Shown: positions 60,625 to 64,000 of the stretch, in pieces | Numbering within the stretch: the first letter of the stretch is position 1 | Layout of the letters: each line of letters begins with the position of its first letter | Source of the DNA: Eledone cirrhosa | Lineage: Eukaryota | Assembly: GCA_964016885.1 (NCBI GenBank) | Contig: OZ024757.1 | Location: 29,202,001-29,266,000 of the forward strand | Direction: 5' to 3' | Length of the DNA stretch: 64,000 bases | The notes under the pieces: model-generated | What the model saw: the letters and a program-made list of their open reading frames with translations, nothing else | What the model was told of the DNA's origin: nothing | Database searches by the model: none | Made by a program: the position numbers and the translations under genes

Positions 60625-61027
60625 TTCTGTATGCAATGTAGTTAATCTTTGAAGACAAAATCTTGCACGTTTAAAGAATTCCTCATTAGAGGATAAGAGT
60701 TTTCTTCTTTTAATCTTTTCATCTTCTCGAAGTCTACAAAAAGTACAAAATCCAGTATTATGTCAGATTCTATTTGGAAAGAATCAATTGTCTTCAGACA
60801 TATTGCAGGGATTGGCTCCACCAGGTTTAAAGAAAAATGGTCAACACACGATGTACGTCTCCGTCAGAACTTAGGTTTTCATGGGTCCAAATATATATGT
60901 ACACACACACATATATATATATATATACTCATACATATACACATACATATATATAGACTTGTAGCTCATAAAAGTTGATCAATATTTATGGTACGTCAAA
61001 ATTATTTATAAAACTGCTTATATATTG

Positions 61028-61093
61028 TATTTTATCTGAAGAAGGCATGCCATATTTTTAATATGGTATCCCCGAAATATGTATAATGAAATA
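61028..61093 (+). ncRNA. Family-C hammerhead (CUGAAGA)
   Basis: UAUUUUAU-CUGAAGA-stem II AUGCCAUAUU/AAUAUGGUAU-GAAA-UAUGUAUA-AUGAAAUA. Confidence 0.85.
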
Positions 61094-61223
61094 AATATGG
61101 TTTTATAAATATAGTTTCCATTTGTTTAATATCGTATATCTACTCCAAAACTTGTTGAGTGCTTTATATCAGTTATAAAATATTTACTTGTTGTAACCCA
61201 ACAATTTTAAATAAAACTTTTGC

Positions 61224-61392
<169 letters not shown>

Positions 61393-61403
61393 AATATATA
61401 TAA

Positions 61404-61438
<35 letters not shown>

Positions 61439-61475
61439 AATATATATAAATATATATATATAAATATATATAAAT

Positions 61476-61560
<85 letters not shown>

Positions 61561-61562
<2 letters not shown>

Positions 61563-61661
61563 TAGTACCACAAGAGTTAATTCAGCATTTCCGAGAATAA
61601 TTGTTTCAGTTTACTCGGATCATCAGTTCGGAAATGGTGAACTAACTTTTGTGGAACTACT
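61561..61661 (-). ncRNA. Long hairpin (34-bp imperfect arms) enclosing a weak hammerhead-like core
   Basis: Arms 61561-61594 and 61628-61661; minus strand GAA-CUGAUGA-UCCGAGUAAACU-GAAAC-AA-UUA-UUC. Confidence 0.5.
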
Positions 61662-61726
61662 TCTACCAAACGCGTACCATAGATTGAGTACTCTACTTCT
61701 ACGGATATAACCCACCAGTATTCTAC

Positions 61727-61763
<37 letters not shown>

Positions 61764-61769
<6 letters not shown>

Positions 61770-61862
61770 GTCCCCACCAAAATATATACGCACTGTGATT
61801 ACCTGTATGGGCAATATTTATTAGAATGATTTTGAAGTGCGTATACATTTTTTTAGGACACA

Positions 61863-61865
<3 letters not shown>
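61764..61865. mobile_element. Tc1/mariner-like MITE in (TA)n
   Basis: Imperfect TIRs TAGGGTGTCCCCACCAAAATATATACGCACT / AGTGCGTATACATTTTTTAGGACACACTG flanked by TA. Confidence 0.65.
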
Positions 61866-61904
<39 letters not shown>

Positions 61905-62077
61905 GTTGTAGAGTTGCAATTCAATGCGTCCGTAGGTGGTATGCCCTTTGAGCACTCGACGGCACTTGAGTCGGGTTGACCTGTAACAGATCCACCCTTG
62001 GGCTGATCGACGGGGAAGCATATGTAATATGTTAATGAATTGTGTTTTGATGTATCACTGATTCCTCGTTATCTATA

Positions 62078-62233
62078 ATAATTGTTTCTACTTTTGGCAC
62101 AAGGCCAGCAATTACGCAGTGCATTACTGGTACTTTATTTTATCGACGCCGAAAGGATGAAAGGCAAAGTTAACCTCGGCGGGATTTGAACTCAGATCGT
62201 AAAGGGACGTAACGATACTGCCAATTCACCGCC
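62078..62233 (-). mobile_element. Octopus-type SINE with internal deletion
   Basis: Reverse-complement SINE. Confidence 0.85.
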
Positions 62234-62250
62234 CTATATCTATCTATATG

Positions 62251-62284
<34 letters not shown>

Positions 62285-62359
62285 ATAATATATATATTAT
62301 ATATATATATTATATATATATATTATATATATATATATATTATATATATATATATATAT

Positions 62360-62393
<34 letters not shown>

Positions 62394-62395
62394 AT

Positions 62396-62429
<34 letters not shown>

Positions 62430-62564
62430 ATATATATTATATATATATATATATATTATATTATATATATATATATTATATTATATATATATATATTATA
62501 TTATATATATATATATTATAGTAGAAACAATTATATATATATATTATATATTATATATATATAT

Positions 62565-62619
<55 letters not shown>

Positions 62620-63244
62620 TATATATATATTATATATTATATATATATATATATTATATATAAAGATCAGACACTTTTGCATTGACATTCGTGGGAGAAC
62701 TCGTGCTTAGACCTGAATGAAGAGTACTACAAGAAAACCATAGAAAATCAACATTAAATGTAGTAGTGAGTATTAAAAAGTTAGAGGAGTGTGTATTATT
62801 TTAAAATCGCATCCACCCACACATAAACCAGCACCACTACCACCATCATCGCCACCACATACATCGCCATCGCCATCACCATCACCACCCTATTCACAAC
62901 CACATACACCACCAGCACCTCCACCATCATCATTAATTTCATTCTCCAAAAGAAACCATATTAAAGCATTTTCACTTACGTTAAAAAAAGAAACACACAC
63001 ACACACACAGACACAGAGGCGCATGTACATACGCACACACACATAGACACAGCCACACACCCACACACAGGTGCATACACACACAAGTGCATACACAGAC
63101 ACACACATACTCTCAGACATGCACATTCATGTCCCACACTCGTACACTCACATAAGTACGTAGGTTATTTCAACACGCAAACGTATGTGTATATGTATGT
63201 ATATATATATCTATGTATGTTTATATATATATATATATATATAT

Positions 63245-63442
63245 AGTTTTAATATAGATGAGATTCTACAAGACTAGAACTGTTTCATTCATTTGAAATC
63301 ATCAGGAATCTCTGATTCCTGATGATTTCAAATGAATGAAACAGTTCTAGTCCTGTAGAATCTCATCTATATTAAAACTGTTATACTCTGCTATGTATTG
63401 AGTACCTTACTTACTGTGGTTACCTCCGATTCAACCCGGAAT
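63245..63442. mobile_element. Family-B element with two divergent hammerheads forming a 66-bp-arm palindrome
   Basis: Arms 63245-63310 and 63314-63379, one mismatch; GAUUC-CUGAUGA-UUUCAAAUGAAU-GAAACAG..CUGUA-GAAUC. Confidence 0.9.
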
Positions 63443-64000
63443 AACGTATATATATATATATATATTTGTATGTATGTATGTTGGCATGTATGTATATATA
63501 TAGGTTGATGGATGTATGTACTACAATGTATGTATGTATGTATGTATGTATGTATGTATGTATATGGATATATGTATATATATATATATGAATGTGAATA
63601 TATGCTTCTATCAAAATAAGTATAAGTGTATGGTTATGTTGTGTCTGTATCTCTGCTTAATCGTGTGTGCATTTGTGTGTGGATGTATGCCTATTTTCTT
63701 GTGCGTGTGTATGTATGTATGTATGAGTTTTAAATTGTGTGTGCATGTCTGAATTCTAATGTGTGTCACCGAGCGCCTACACGTCTGTATGTGTATGTGT
63801 CTGTTTTTGTGTGTTTCATGAAGTGTGGCGCAGTTTGTGCGTATGAGCGTGCATATATGTGCGATGTGTGTGTGTCTTAATGCGCCACTATTTGAATGGG
63901 TGTGTGTGTGTTTGTGTGTTTGCATGTATATGTTTGTGCGTGCATGCATATGTTCGTGTGCGTGTCTTAATGCGCCACTGTTTGAGTGTGTATGTATATG

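Overview
AT-rich, repeat-dominated eukaryotic DNA. It is most likely an octopod cephalopod, inferred from about a dozen copies of an Octopus-type tRNA-derived SINE and very long (TA)n tracts; there is one 200-N assembly gap. Almost all listed ORFs are translations of microsatellites. Genuine coding-like sequence is limited to decayed transposon fragments (R4/Dong-like, CRE-like and RTE-like LINEs, and a Transib/RAG1-core-like DDE transposase relic) plus one probable signal-peptide first exon (43793-43862). The main signal is RNA-structural: more than 20 type I hammerhead ribozyme (HHR) motifs from several unrelated sequence families, nearly all embedded in (TA)n. The most striking is a 311-bp head-to-tail array (about 5.7 apparently identical copies plus an inverted partial copy, 8311-10330). 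Each monomer carries a minimal HHR inside a 16-bp clamp and looks like a non-LTR retrozyme / circular-RNA template mobilised by Penelope-like elements. All motif calls were made by eye, with no folding program or database search.
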